Source of the DNA: an uncultured virus (IMG/VR IMGVR_UViG_3300044715_000653)
Lineage: Duplodnaviria; Heunggongvirae; Uroviricota; Caudoviricetes
Length of the DNA: 64,000 nucleotides
IMG/VR virus record: IMGVR_UViG_3300044715_000653
Direction: 5' to 3' (one strand)
In this document: piece by piece, positions 20,847 to 30,808 of the stretch
Layout: each line of letters opens with the position of its first letter
How positions within the stretch are numbered: position 1 is the first letter of the stretch
The notes under the pieces: model-generated
The model's input: the letters and a program-made list of their open reading frames with translations, nothing else
Databases searched by the model: none
What the model was told of the DNA's origin: nothing
Translations under genes and position numbers: made by a program

Positions 20847-21973
20847 CATACTCTGTTTATCAACCTTGGGATCCGTTGGAAGTCTGTGTAGTTGGACGTA
20901 GCTATAGTCCTGAGTTCTATTCATACATCGAAAATCCCAACATTCGAGCAGTATTTGAACGCATTGCCCGTGAAACTGAAGAAGATTTCCAAACACTAAT
21001 CACAGTTTTAGAATCATTCGATGTTGAAATCTTACGTCCTATGGTCGGCGATGACTATCGGAGTTATTTAAATACCAATCAAAAGATTTCGCCGGCTCCA
21101 ATTTGCCCTAGAGATTATCTATTGACTTTGGGTAATAATTTTTATATAGAAACAAATATGATTTTAGCATCATGGAATTATATCAAAGGTTCGTCATGGG
21201 GCGACTGTCCTGCTACAGTAGCAGACATACCACAAGATATTGTTACGGAATGTGCTGATATATTTAATCTACACGACCTGCATGATAAAACGGCTGACTA
21301 TGCTGACATATTAAAACAAATTGAAAATCCAATAATAAAAAATATCGATAAGCATATCAATTCAGCAATGATTACACGTGTAGGCCGAGATTTGTATTTT
21401 GGAACCGAAAGCTACACAGACGATATGGTTGCGTTACAAGAGAAATATACAAGAATGTTTCCTGATTATCGATGCCATATGATCAACACTGGTGGGCATG
21501 CTGATGGAACATTTTGTGTAGTCAAGCCAGGATTAATTATAAGTTCACTAGATGTACCACTGACTACTTACGAAGAATTATTCCCCAAGTGGGAAGTAAT
21601 ATATGTAGAAGGACAGCAATTAGCTAATACACAGACTTTCCAAGAGCTTAAACAAAAGAATCAAGGTAAATGGTGGATACCAGGCGAAGAAAATAACAAT
21701 GAATTTATCGACTATGTTAAATCAATGGCAGACAATTGGGTTGGCTATGTAGAAGAAACAGTATTTGATGTAAACATGTTGGTGATCAACGAACAAAATA
21801 TTATATGCAGTGCATACAATAAAGATATATTTGCAGCATTTGAACGACACGGTGTTACACCACACATTGTAAATTTCCGTCACAGATTCTTCTGGGATGG
21901 CGGCTTACATTGTATTACCAGTGACCTAAGTAGAACGGGCACTATGCAAGATTATTTTCCAGAAAGGGGTTAA
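20843..21973 (+). CDS. Amidinotransferase (glycine/inosamine amidinotransferase family)
   Basis: WDPL..C.VG, CPRD, HADG, FDVNML, GGLHC.T.DL.R catalytic motifs. Confidence 0.85.
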   Translation: MTYSVYQPWDPLEVCVVGRSYSPEFYSYIENPNIRAVFERIARETEEDFQTLITVLESFDVEILRPMVGDDYRSYLNTNQKISPAPICPRDYLLTLGNNFYIETNMILASWNYIKGSSWGDCPATVADIPQDIVTECADIFNLHDLHDKTADYADILKQIENPIIKNIDKHINSAMITRVGRDLYFGTESYTDDMVALQEKYTRMFPDYRCHMINTGGHADGTFCVVKPGLIISSLDVPLTTYEELFPKWEVIYVEGQQLANTQTFQELKQKNQGKWWIPGEENNNEFIDYVKSMADNWVGYVEETVFDVNMLVINEQNIICSAYNKDIFAAFERHGVTPHIVNFRHRFFWDGGLHCITSDLSRTGTMQDYFPERG

Positions 21974-21974
21974 G

Positions 21975-22307
21975 ATGGACATTTATCATATTTGGGCAGA
22001 CAAATCAGACGATATCAGTGATATAGATTGGGTTAACAATATGAAAGGATTTCTTCAACATCTAGTTGATGAAGACAAAGCAGTTAGCTATCGTGTTACA
22101 CGTTGTAAGATGGGTTTTCGTAGTATACAAGATTTGCCTGAATGGCATATCATGATTGAATTTAACGACATGGCACAATTGGAAAATGCATTCAAACGTG
22201 TTGCACCGCTTGAAGGTGATTTAGAAGCCAAACACAAGAGCTTTAATCAGTTTGTATCAGGAAATATACAGCATGCATACTATCGAGACTGGCCCGATAA
22301 TTTGTAA
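21975..22307 (+). CDS. Hypothetical protein (dimeric alpha/beta-barrel-like)
   Basis: Clean ORF ending YRDWPD; last gene of the inverted cassette. Confidence 0.65.
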   Translation: MDIYHIWADKSDDISDIDWVNNMKGFLQHLVDEDKAVSYRVTRCKMGFRSIQDLPEWHIMIEFNDMAQLENAFKRVAPLEGDLEAKHKSFNQFVSGNIQHAYYRDWPDNL

Positions 22308-22436
22308 TTAATCGCAGTCTGAAAACGCTTCGATCAAACGTTTGTTACATTCAGTATCACCTGTTTGGCAAACATTTGTTGGAATAGTTGGTTCTTGTGG
22401 TGTGGTTGGTACGGTTGTTTCTGTAGTAGTTGACAT
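22308..22436 (-). CDS. Small Thr/Pro-rich, Cys-containing peptide (42 aa)
   Basis: MSTTTETTVPTTPQEPTIPTNVCQTGDTECNKRLIEAFSDCD; AAGGGG SD and TAAATA upstream. Confidence 0.6.
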   Translation of the reverse strand: MSTTTETTVPTTPQEPTIPTNVCQTGDTECNKRLIEAFSDCD

Positions 22437-22562
22437 TGTATGTCCCTTTATAGTTTAATGGCAATTGTGTTACCATACAAATATTTAGCTATTGACGAAA
22501 ATATCAAAAGGATATCTTCACTAAAAACACAGTATACATGAATTTAGCGAAGATGTCAAGGA

Positions 22563-23099
22563 CTATTTTGCAGAGACTTTATTACCGCTGTAGAATGTAT
22601 GCCCGCCGATTCGATCTATTCTTTCAAGATTCCATCTTGGACGTACTCGAGCATTATGAAAGTACAATGCTTCAGAACCAAGTGATTCCAATCTAAGTCC
22701 GTCGAGTAATACCCTACGTGCAATTTCTCGACTTTCTTGCCAGGCTTTCGAATATATTCGTCGACCTTTTGCCACTGGATCACAAACCCATGAGAACTGA
22801 CATATAGTCCGGTCTGCTATTTGAGTTTTTTGATGTACAACCCCGCATATGGTTGATGGGAATTTACCATTGTTAGCTCTATTAACTGTTACTTGAGCTA
22901 CTGCTACTTTGCCGTTAAAACTTTCACTACCGGCTTCATGGTAAATGTTTTGTGCTAGACACGTTAATTGTCGTTGCGTTGATGCGTTTATTTCTTCACT
23001 TGCGTGTGCAGGTGATGTTACCGTTACTGCTATTACAACAATGGACAGGTTTGCCCAGGTTAGTAAATTTCTGTGAAACAATCGTGAGATCGTTCGCAT
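22563..23099 (-). CDS. Cell wall hydrolase, SleB family
   Basis: CLAQNIYHEA, VAQVTVNR, CQFSW, ALYFH, IGGHTFY; N-terminal hydrophobic segment. Confidence 0.9.
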   Translation of the reverse strand: MRTISRLFHRNLLTWANLSIVVIAVTVTSPAHASEEINASTQRQLTCLAQNIYHEAGSESFNGKVAVAQVTVNRANNGKFPSTICGVVHQKTQIADRTICQFSWVCDPVAKGRRIYSKAWQESREIARRVLLDGLRLESLGSEALYFHNARVRPRWNLERIDRIGGHTFYSGNKVSAK

Positions 23100-23140
23100 A
23101 GCGTTTCCTCCTGTTTAGTTTTGTCTTTAGGTTGTCGGCC

Positions 23141-23377
23141 TTAAGAATTGATGTCAGCTGTTGCCTTGTCTATACTGACATAATATTGGCATGATTTTGT
23201 GTTCAAATCTCTAATCATAACCAAGTCATAATCATCAAATGGTGCACGGTTAACCTGTGTGCTTGATGTGTGTCTATGACATTTTTCTCGCTTTGCGCAA
23301 TATCTTCCTGCGCAATAGTAAGTTCTTGCTTCTGTATTACTTATATCTGCTACTGTCATTACCTTAGATTTCGTCAT
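23141..23377 (-). CDS. Small Cys-rich hypothetical protein
   Basis: CAG..C..REKCHR motif; GGAGG SD. Confidence 0.6.
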   Translation of the reverse strand: MTKSKVMTVADISNTEARTYYCAGRYCAKREKCHRHTSSTQVNRAPFDDYDLVMIRDLNTKSCQYYVSIDKATADINS

Positions 23378-23457
23378 CTGAATCCTCCGAAGGTATAGTA
23401 TATAGTTAAAGTTTGATGTTGTTTAGTATATACTTTACTTTCTTTAGTTCTAGATAA

Positions 23458-24291
23458 CTACTCTAATCCAATAATCCCAGGATATTGTCGTAGTAAGCTA
23501 TTTCTATAATGGTTCCAAATGTTGTACAATTCATCACTATTATGTTCATTTATCAGTACTTTTAGGCTGGATAATGCTCGTAAATCGCCCAAATATGGCT
23601 TATATTTTTCTGGCACAGTTTCAGACGTATATTGGTAGCCGAGTGCAGAAATCTGCTCTAAATCAATAAATGTAGGAATTAATCTTTCAATCAAAAATGT
23701 AAAGTTTGGTAATGTTTTATCATGTGCATAGTTGCTCAACCCTGCACCAAATACCTGATGTTTAAACACAGGATCCTTTTCTGCTTCTGTAAATAGTCGA
23801 CGTGAAAACGTCATAAATCTTTCCCAGAATGCTCTACTGCCAACAATGTAATTTGCAAACATTGTACAGTTGCGATCAAGTACCATGCTTTTTACATCAA
23901 CATCTTCATAACCAAGTTTAGTTAAAAAGCTATTGCCAATGTCAGATATGTTAGGATGATATAGATCACCTTGTTCCCAGCTATTAGCAAATACTGCTTC
24001 GTTAACTATACATGGATTAACAAAATAAACATCAGCGCCAGGATTACTCGTAATAAAGTCAATAAATTGTTGACCTGACAGGTTAGTTTTTTCTTTGAAC
24101 TTCCAAGACACAAATCCCCAGTAGTCTAATCCCTGTGCTAGGATGTTTTCGTATTCTCTATCCCATACGTCCCACTCACGTAATTCTGGACGAGGGTTCG
24201 CTGTATTATCCAATGGCTCAAATGCCGGATCACAATGTGATTTTAATTCTGGCTTAAAGTAAATTTGAAAAATTTTCATGTTTGTCGACAT
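23458..24291 (-). CDS. Putative glycosyltransferase-like protein
   Basis: KIFQIY, WGFVSWKF.EKT, NYIVG, FLIERL; located in the sugar cluster. Confidence 0.5.
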   Translation of the reverse strand: MSTNMKIFQIYFKPELKSHCDPAFEPLDNTANPRPELREWDVWDREYENILAQGLDYWGFVSWKFKEKTNLSGQQFIDFITSNPGADVYFVNPCIVNEAVFANSWEQGDLYHPNISDIGNSFLTKLGYEDVDVKSMVLDRNCTMFANYIVGSRAFWERFMTFSRRLFTEAEKDPVFKHQVFGAGLSNYAHDKTLPNFTFLIERLIPTFIDLEQISALGYQYTSETVPEKYKPYLGDLRALSSLKVLINEHNSDELYNIWNHYRNSLLRQYPGIIGLE

Positions 24292-25039
24292 AGTATGCTA
24301 GTTCCTTAGATATATCCCTTGCTCGAGGAACAAATTCGTTCTCAAGTCTATAAGTTAATGTTTCTTTGTTTGTGATGTGATGATATCCCCAACCGCGTTG
24401 ACGATCCAATAGAGGTATTTGTGTTTGTATTTGTAGTTTACGTGCAATACCACCTTCATCGAACGGACACCATCCGTAATATAATATAGCCAACTTATCT
24501 GTAGTATAGAAGTTGTAGTGACGACCAGGAGCCATACAGTCACCAGTGGTTGATGTTGGATAAGGTACGTGTCCTTTGTGTAGTCGTCTAGCACGACGTT
24601 CTAAGAATGCCTGATTGCTATCGCTGAATACAAAGCCATGATGCTTTTGTTTATACAAGGGCAGGTCATGTGTAACAGTCTGCTCTCTATCTGTGTCTAC
24701 CATAAAGATACTTGGTACTAATATATGCTCTGGACCACGGTCATCCATTGCTGTGTAATCACCAATTAACTGTTCTGTTACATTAAGACAAATCTTCCAA
24801 CCTTCAATACTAGCTTCAATGTCGTTGACTTCTACATCAATTAGGTCTGCTTGGAAGTTTGGGTTACGGCTAGTTACAATATCCCACGTAGGACAGATCT
24901 CTCGGATGATTTCACGTGAACGATCAGTTGAATGATAGTCAATCATCACGCCATGATCAAAGATCTGCTTGTGATGATTAAGGAACCATGGTAGCATGTA
25001 TTCCTCATTAAAAAAATGACAAAGTAAGGTCTTACGCAT
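24254..25039 (-). CDS. Glycosyltransferase family 2-like
   Basis: FFNEEYMLPWFL.HH, IDYHSTDRS.EI GT-A N-terminus. Confidence 0.8.
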   Translation of the reverse strand: MRKTLLCHFFNEEYMLPWFLNHHKQIFDHGVMIDYHSTDRSREIIREICPTWDIVTSRNPNFQADLIDVEVNDIEASIEGWKICLNVTEQLIGDYTAMDDRGPEHILVPSIFMVDTDREQTVTHDLPLYKQKHHGFVFSDSNQAFLERRARRLHKGHVPYPTSTTGDCMAPGRHYNFYTTDKLAILYYGWCPFDEGGIARKLQIQTQIPLLDRQRGWGYHHITNKETLTYRLENEFVPRARDISKELAYYVDKHENFSNLL

Positions 25040-26253
25040 TATTCTACACTGATAGTTGGGAAGTAACGAATAAACACATCTTCAGTATTATCACGTTTAG
25101 TTTTAATATTGCGTTTAATTTCATTAAAGAAATTCCATGCTAAGGGAACAAATGCAACATTAAGATCTTTACACTCATCCAACATGTCAAGTGACACAAC
25201 GGGGATATGCATGCCGGGACTGAACAGACCCTGCTTCATCGGATTGTCATCAATGATAAAGTCCAAAGTAATGTTGCCAAAGTTAAGTAATGTCATACCT
25301 TTGGCTGCCGCGCCATAACCAGCAATAACAAATCCTTCTGCACGATAGGCCACAATAGTATCTTTAAGATCTTGCACTACTTGCTGTGCTCGACGAGCAT
25401 ACTCTACATAAGTCTGTGGATCTTGTAAACCTGCGGCACGTTCTTCTGCTAGTACCTGTTCAACTTTGCCATCTGTACCAGGATGTTTACTAAACACAAA
25501 CACATAGCTGTTACCATGGATAGGTGTTTTGGTAATGTCAATTAAGTTTAGGCCAGCACGTTTAGCTAGTTCGTTCATGCTGTTAGCACAGAAGAAACTT
25601 AGGTGTTCGTGATAGATAGTGTCAAACTCATTGTTCTTAACCATATCAGCTTGACTAGTTTGAATAAACAGTACACTACCGTCGTGCATAATTTCTTTAC
25701 ATTGACGTAAGAAGTCTAACGGATAGTCATTATGTGCAAACACGTTTTGTGCATTGATAATGTCAATGTTCTTAGCTTTTAATCCCTCTACATGAGCCGC
25801 TGTAAAGTAGTCTAAGATTACTTCGTGATTCTTACTGCTAATTGGATGTAGGTTTGTAGCTGGGTCAACTCCATAAGTTGTTAAACCAAACTTTTTAAAT
25901 GAATCTAACTGTGTGCCATCATTACAAGCAATGTCTAATACGCTGGTTGGCTTCTCTGAAAAGAATTCAAATGAGTAGTTAGCAAACCAATCAAAATAAT
26001 CTTTGAGTGTTTGACTAGTGCCACTTACGTACAAATAGTTACGGAATAATAAGTCGGGATCAACTGCATGACTTAACTGCAAGTGACAGCATTCTGTACA
26101 ACGATTAAGTTTTAACGGAAATATTAATTCTGGTGTTTCTGGCGATTCTAAGAAACTATTGGCCATTGGTTGCTCGCCAAGGTCTAAAGTTGGTTCTAAA
26201 TGTTTACTGCCACAGCATAGACATTCGGTTAATTCTTTTGCGTTATCGATCAT
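25039..26253 (-). CDS. NDP-hexose 3-C-methyltransferase-like protein
   Basis: Zn-binding CxxC, LDLG.QP.ANSF, DIACNDG, NVFAH, FDTIYHEH, HGNS, GYGAAAKG, LAWNF. Confidence 0.85.
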   Translation of the reverse strand: MIDNAKELTECLCCGSKHLEPTLDLGEQPMANSFLESPETPELIFPLKLNRCTECCHLQLSHAVDPDLLFRNYLYVSGTSQTLKDYFDWFANYSFEFFSEKPTSVLDIACNDGTQLDSFKKFGLTTYGVDPATNLHPISSKNHEVILDYFTAAHVEGLKAKNIDIINAQNVFAHNDYPLDFLRQCKEIMHDGSVLFIQTSQADMVKNNEFDTIYHEHLSFFCANSMNELAKRAGLNLIDITKTPIHGNSYVFVFSKHPGTDGKVEQVLAEERAAGLQDPQTYVEYARRAQQVVQDLKDTIVAYRAEGFVIAGYGAAAKGMTLLNFGNITLDFIIDDNPMKQGLFSPGMHIPVVSLDMLDECKDLNVAFVPLAWNFFNEIKRNIKTKRDNTEDVFIRYFPTISVE

Positions 26254-27169
26254 ATTCTTTTTCCCATTGATATGTCATGTAATTGTCGCGGCGCTCAACA
26301 TGTGATTCCGCATATCTTTTTTTTAGACTAGTAACTATTGTACTAGGTGTTTCAGTAAATGTAAAGTCAAATGTCTTCTGAAATAATGTAGTATCTAGTC
26401 CAAAGTCGTAAGCGTTAGCAGTAACTCCTCGGTCAACTACTTGCACATCTAGTTCCTTGGCTACAGTAGCGGCAATATATTCAACGGTAGCGTTGAAGCT
26501 AGCCATATTGTAGATGCCCGCAGTCGGACGTTCAATACAGTATGCTATACCACGGCATAGATCTTCAATGCCTAGTAAGGCACGATTGATATGTTTGTTG
26601 GTTACTGTAATTTTACCTTGCTTATTAGCCGCATCATACATAGCATTAATCATAACATCGGCACGTAGGTTAGGACTCCAACCATTAACTGTACCGAAGC
26701 GTAGACCCATTATGGTATGTCCGTTACTGATAGCAATCTTAGCTTCTAGGTCTAAAGTATATTTGGTAATGTCGTAATTGTTTACGGGTACAAACTGTCG
26801 ATTTTCTTCTGTGAATAATTGTCCGGGTAGACTGTTACCATATACGCTTGCTGAACTAGCGTAGATCAGCGGAATATTTTTATGTGATAACTTGTCTAAT
26901 AGATCAGTAAAATTAGTAACATTGTTTAACCAAGGACTTTTTATGTCACCAACACAACTAGCCACACTGCTATGTCCTGCTAGTAATACCACAGCGTCAA
27001 AATTTGACATGTAGTCTGCGGTCAATTTATGATAGTCAGTTCTCTTAGAGGTTTCATCATAGTTATACCAGCAACAGTCTACACTTTCTACAGTGTAGGT
27101 CTGTGCTAATACTTGTCTGAGTCTACTACCAACATAACCATTACCGCCAATGATTAAGATGTTTTTCAT
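26243..27169 (-). CDS. NAD-dependent epimerase/dehydratase (SDR)
   Basis: GGNGYVG, YASSASVYG, Y...K, LRFGTVNG.SP.LR.D. Confidence 0.85.
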   Translation of the reverse strand: MKNILIIGGNGYVGSRLRQVLAQTYTVESVDCCWYNYDETSKRTDYHKLTADYMSNFDAVVLLAGHSSVASCVGDIKSPWLNNVTNFTDLLDKLSHKNIPLIYASSASVYGNSLPGQLFTEENRQFVPVNNYDITKYTLDLEAKIAISNGHTIMGLRFGTVNGWSPNLRADVMINAMYDAANKQGKITVTNKHINRALLGIEDLCRGIAYCIERPTAGIYNMASFNATVEYIAATVAKELDVQVVDRGVTANAYDFGLDTTLFQKTFDFTFTETPSTIVTSLKKRYAESHVERRDNYMTYQWEKEYDR

Positions 27170-27909
27170 TAGTCAATGATCATCATACCATTTGGAGCAA
27201 TGTTGCCTTGTAGGCCAACTGTGTCCAATTCAACTAACTTGTCTGCTGGCACAAACTTTGCCATACTGTGTTCAACATCAATATATTTTCCCTGATTAAA
27301 GGTAGCAAACATATTTTGTAAAATAGTTTGAAATAATTGAATAGTGTCAGTAAACAAACTTGGAGTAAATGACCATAAGCGTGTTTGCAACATAGTAGTT
27401 ACACCGGTATCAGCTGAATTAATCCAACTGGCCTGCGCCTTTTTAAACACGTATTTGTCTTTGGTACTGTCATTATCAAATGCAGAGATATCAAACTTAT
27501 CAGTTAGTTGATAACGACCACTGAGTTTAAATATTCTTGATGAATTTGTAATAATATCCATCAGCTCAGGATTAGATGACATGTAAGCAAGTGCCTTGTA
27601 CATACCAACACATTCCATTGAATTCTTACCAATATCATAATTAGTAATATTATTATGGAAATGTTGTATGTCTTTGTCATCACTGTTGTCAATATAGTAA
27701 TCAACAAGATCAATTAGTTCATTTAGTTCTGCGCTGTCATCTGCCTGTACCGCAACTGTACTATTATCAATTAAAACAATAGTACAATCCGGTATATATT
27801 GCTTGGCGCTTTTAACTGTATCCAATGTTTGTTGTATACGTTGTTTAGCATCGTATATACCATAGTTAGTATACACTGCTGATGTAATTAAGACTGTTTG
27901 TTTATTCAT
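27169..27909 (-). CDS. Putative glycosyltransferase-like protein
   Basis: LITSA, R..QT..T..S, LIDNS, RIFKLSGRY motifs; sugar cluster. Confidence 0.5.
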   Translation of the reverse strand: MNKQTVLITSAVYTNYGIYDAKQRIQQTLDTVKSAKQYIPDCTIVLIDNSTVAVQADDSAELNELIDLVDYYIDNSDDKDIQHFHNNITNYDIGKNSMECVGMYKALAYMSSNPELMDIITNSSRIFKLSGRYQLTDKFDISAFDNDSTKDKYVFKKAQASWINSADTGVTTMLQTRLWSFTPSLFTDTIQLFQTILQNMFATFNQGKYIDVEHSMAKFVPADKLVELDTVGLQGNIAPNGMMIID

Positions 27910-28568
27910 ATCGGTGTGCTCGTTACTAATTCAGTTGGGCGTTTGCCATCTTTGTCTAATACTACAATACTATCATAGAAATGTTGCCCTGACAGATCTT
28001 TATAGAAGTCAGCAAACATCATATTATCTGGATGACGATCTAAATCTTTGTAGTAGTTAACATTCATAGTGTCGGTAATTTGTTTAGCATAGTTTAAAAA
28101 CGTGCTAGGTACTCGAATACCACCACTGTACTCTGGCCAATAGTTAGTATGTGTATCTTCACATAGATAAACACCGCCCGGAGTAATGCTTGACCAAACT
28201 TTTTGTAAGGTCAAAATTTGGTGACTGCATACATGACTTCCGTCATCGATGAATACATCAATGTTTGGATACTCTGTTAAGAACTCATCCCAAAATGCCG
28301 GGTCGGCTTGACTGCCATTTACCTGTATACAGCCTGGTGTTTGGTGTTCTGGCTTAAATGCATCGGGGTCAATGTCAATGCCAACAATAGTAGCACCTTC
28401 GCCAAAATACTTCTTCCACATTTCTGCTGAGCCACCACGACAAATACCAACTTCAACTACTACTGGCTTCTTACCAACAAACTTGTTAAAGTGCTGTTCG
28501 TAGATGTCAAAGTAATGACTCCATTTACCGCAGTGTAGATCTAAATTATCAAATATTTCCCTTAGCAT
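27906..28568 (-). CDS. Class I SAM-dependent (sugar O-)methyltransferase
   Basis: KW.HYF.IY, VEVG..GGS, GIDID, IDDGSH, GGVY..ED. Confidence 0.85.
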   Translation of the reverse strand: MLREIFDNLDLHCGKWSHYFDIYEQHFNKFVGKKPVVVEVGICRGGSAEMWKKYFGEGATIVGIDIDPDAFKPEHQTPGCIQVNGSQADPAFWDEFLTEYPNIDVFIDDGSHVCSHQILTLQKVWSSITPGGVYLCEDTHTNYWPEYSGGIRVPSTFLNYAKQITDTMNVNYYKDLDRHPDNMMFADFYKDLSGQHFYDSIVVLDKDGKRPTELVTSTPI

Positions 28569-29593
28569 CTTAACCATCTCTCATTAGCTAATGTCCATTT
28601 AACAACTTCGCCAATGCGTTGTGTTAATGTGTGCTTAGGTTCCCAACCTAGTTTACGCATGTATTCACCACTTAGTGCATAACGTAGGTCATGCCCAGGA
28701 CGACTGCTATGGAAGTCTACCATTTCATACTTGAGTTCTTTACCTTGCGCGGCAGCAATAATCTGTGCCAGAGATAAGTTATCAATTTCTTCCTTGCCCA
28801 CTAGGTTAAACTTAGGACATTTTGCATCACCGTAGTCACGTTCGTTAACTTTAGCAGGATCTAAATTTAATAAAAATAACATAGCATCTGCTACGTCTGC
28901 GGCGTGAATATAATGTCTACTACCAGCAATGGTCTTAGTTGAATCACTGTGTACTGTAATCACATCACCATCATTTACTTTACGAATACACATTGGAATG
29001 TATTTCTCTGGGTGCTGACGCTCACCGAATACATTCATTGTATGTGTAATGTAGATAGGCATCTTGTAGGTATTTTCAAAAGCTACAGCTAGCTCTTCAC
29101 CACCAGCTTTGGTAGCTGAATATGGATTGGTTGAATTGTAACGATCACGTTCAGCATAATTAACTCCGACCGGTGCTGTGCCAAATATTTCATCTGTTGA
29201 GAAATAGATAAAACGTTCTAGGTTAGGCAGTGTACGTGAATAATTCAATATATTACAAGTACCAACTACATTATCAAGTACAAATTCCATGGGAAACTCA
29301 ATACTACGATCAACGTGTGAACCTGCTGCTAGATGTAATACATAATTAACATCACCTAGTTCTCTAGCAATCATTGGATTTAATTCTGCACGTAGATCAT
29401 GGAATACAACTTTAACACGCTTACGTGTTTCTACGTCAAAGTCTGACATCATATCAGCTAATCGGTTTAAGTTGCCCGAAAAGTCTAATCGGTCTAGACT
29501 GACAATATTCCAATCAGTATTTTTAAGTAAGTTTTCGATAACGTGATGTGCGATGAAGCCTGCACCACCTGTTACCAGCACGGTTTTTGACAT
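28562..29593 (-). CDS. rfbB: dTDP-glucose 4,6-dehydratase-like
   Basis: VTGGAGFI, HLAAGSHVDRSI, STDE, PYSATK, Q.PEK.IP, RPGHDLRYA. Confidence 0.9.
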   Translation of the reverse strand: MSKTVLVTGGAGFIAHHVIENLLKNTDWNIVSLDRLDFSGNLNRLADMMSDFDVETRKRVKVVFHDLRAELNPMIARELGDVNYVLHLAAGSHVDRSIEFPMEFVLDNVVGTCNILNYSRTLPNLERFIYFSTDEIFGTAPVGVNYAERDRYNSTNPYSATKAGGEELAVAFENTYKMPIYITHTMNVFGERQHPEKYIPMCIRKVNDGDVITVHSDSTKTIAGSRHYIHAADVADAMLFLLNLDPAKVNERDYGDAKCPKFNLVGKEEIDNLSLAQIIAAAQGKELKYEMVDFHSSRPGHDLRYALSGEYMRKLGWEPKHTLTQRIGEVVKWTLANERWLRC

Positions 29594-29663
29594 TGATGTG
29601 TTCCTTGTTAATTGAATGTTACTATTATATCAGTATTTATTTTAGCCAATTACGTGACTAAAA

Positions 29664-29819
29664 TTATGCTGGTTGTGAAACTTTGCCTTCTACGTATTCA
29701 CGAATGAACTTAACTGCTTTTCGGCTTGTGTCAAATACAAACTCTTTAGCATCTTCTTCTGTATTTAAAATTACAATAAAACCGTTTGCTACTTTACGAA
29801 TTTCAATTGATTCAAACAT
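29664..29819 (-). CDS. Small hypothetical protein (51 aa)
   Basis: MFESIEIRKVANGFIVILNTEEDAKEFVF...; GGAG SD. Confidence 0.65.
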   Translation of the reverse strand: MFESIEIRKVANGFIVILNTEEDAKEFVFDTSRKAVKFIREYVEGKVSQPA

Positions 29820-29894
29820 AATGTGTACTCCAGTTAATTTAAGATAAACTCTTATTTTACTAGTATAACATTAATTTTCAACTGTGTCAATGGA

Positions 29895-30101
29895 TTATTT
29901 GAGTAAACCCCATTTAATTTTTAACCAAATTCGTTCATGTATATAATAGTCGATACTTAGTAATATGTGTAGCACTGTGGCAAATCCTGTTGATTTTGCC
30001 AAATCTCCCACAATTAACCAAGTCCACAATATAGTAAATAACCAAGCAGTGATTCTATATGTAAGCATTCGTACTACTGTTCTTTTATGTGTTTCAGTCA
30101 T
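29895..30101 (-). CDS. DUF2061-like small membrane protein
   Basis: ETHKRT..R.LTYR ... YY.HERIW.KI.WG. Confidence 0.8.
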   Translation of the reverse strand: MTETHKRTVVRMLTYRITAWLFTILWTWLIVGDLAKSTGFATVLHILLSIDYYIHERIWLKIKWGLLK

Positions 30102-30808
30102 GTTTGTTTACCTTTAGTTGACCATTGATTATAAAAATCAACGGCGGCGGTATTAAATAAAATACCTAATTGTTCTATATGCTGTTGCATTGCATCAATG
30201 TTATAGAAGTCATCGAGTGGTATTACTAGATCACAGTCGGCTAGTTCAGTCTGCGGTACCAACTGTTGTTGATCAAATGCATGATAATAATAGGATAGAA
30301 TATCATCAGGCGACTTATCCATTACTATACTGTCATATTCTGTCATAGTAAGGTGTCCTGTTTTGAGTAACGCTATGTGCTTGTTAACAAATTCTGTTAA
30401 TATCGTTGGATACATATCTTCATTGTATTCGACTCCTACAGTTACAATAGTGTTGCCAAAATGATTTTTGAGATAATCAATTTGATCCTGTCTATATGTA
30501 CCAAACAACAACACTTTTCCCTGTGCCACTGCATCAGCAACACTGGTTTCTAAATTGTCTATTGATGCTGACCAATCAATCGTTCTAAATTTGTTAGCAG
30601 GGTCATCAGAATATTGATGGGCAAATTTGCCAATATCAATTACAATTTGACCAGCGGCATCAATACTACATTTACACGAATCATATACGCGATTGCCTAG
30701 TGCTTCGTTTAATAGTGCCAGTGGTAAATTAAACATGTTAATGGGTTTAAGTTTAACCACATACAAGTTAACTAACATCTGTGTAATTCCGTTGAGTTCT
30801 AACAGCAT
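30098..30808 (-). CDS. Hypothetical protein
   Basis: ORF in operon; start uncertain. Confidence 0.55.
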   Translation of the reverse strand: MLLELNGITQMLVNLYVVKLKPINMFNLPLALLNEALGNRVYDSCKCSIDAAGQIVIDIGKFAHQYSDDPANKFRTIDWSASIDNLETSVADAVAQGKVLLFGTYRQDQIDYLKNHFGNTIVTVGVEYNEDMYPTILTEFVNKHIALLKTGHLTMTEYDSIVMDKSPDDILSYYYHAFDQQQLVPQTELADCDLVIPLDDFYNIDAMQQHIEQLGILFNTAAVDFYNQWSTKGKQT

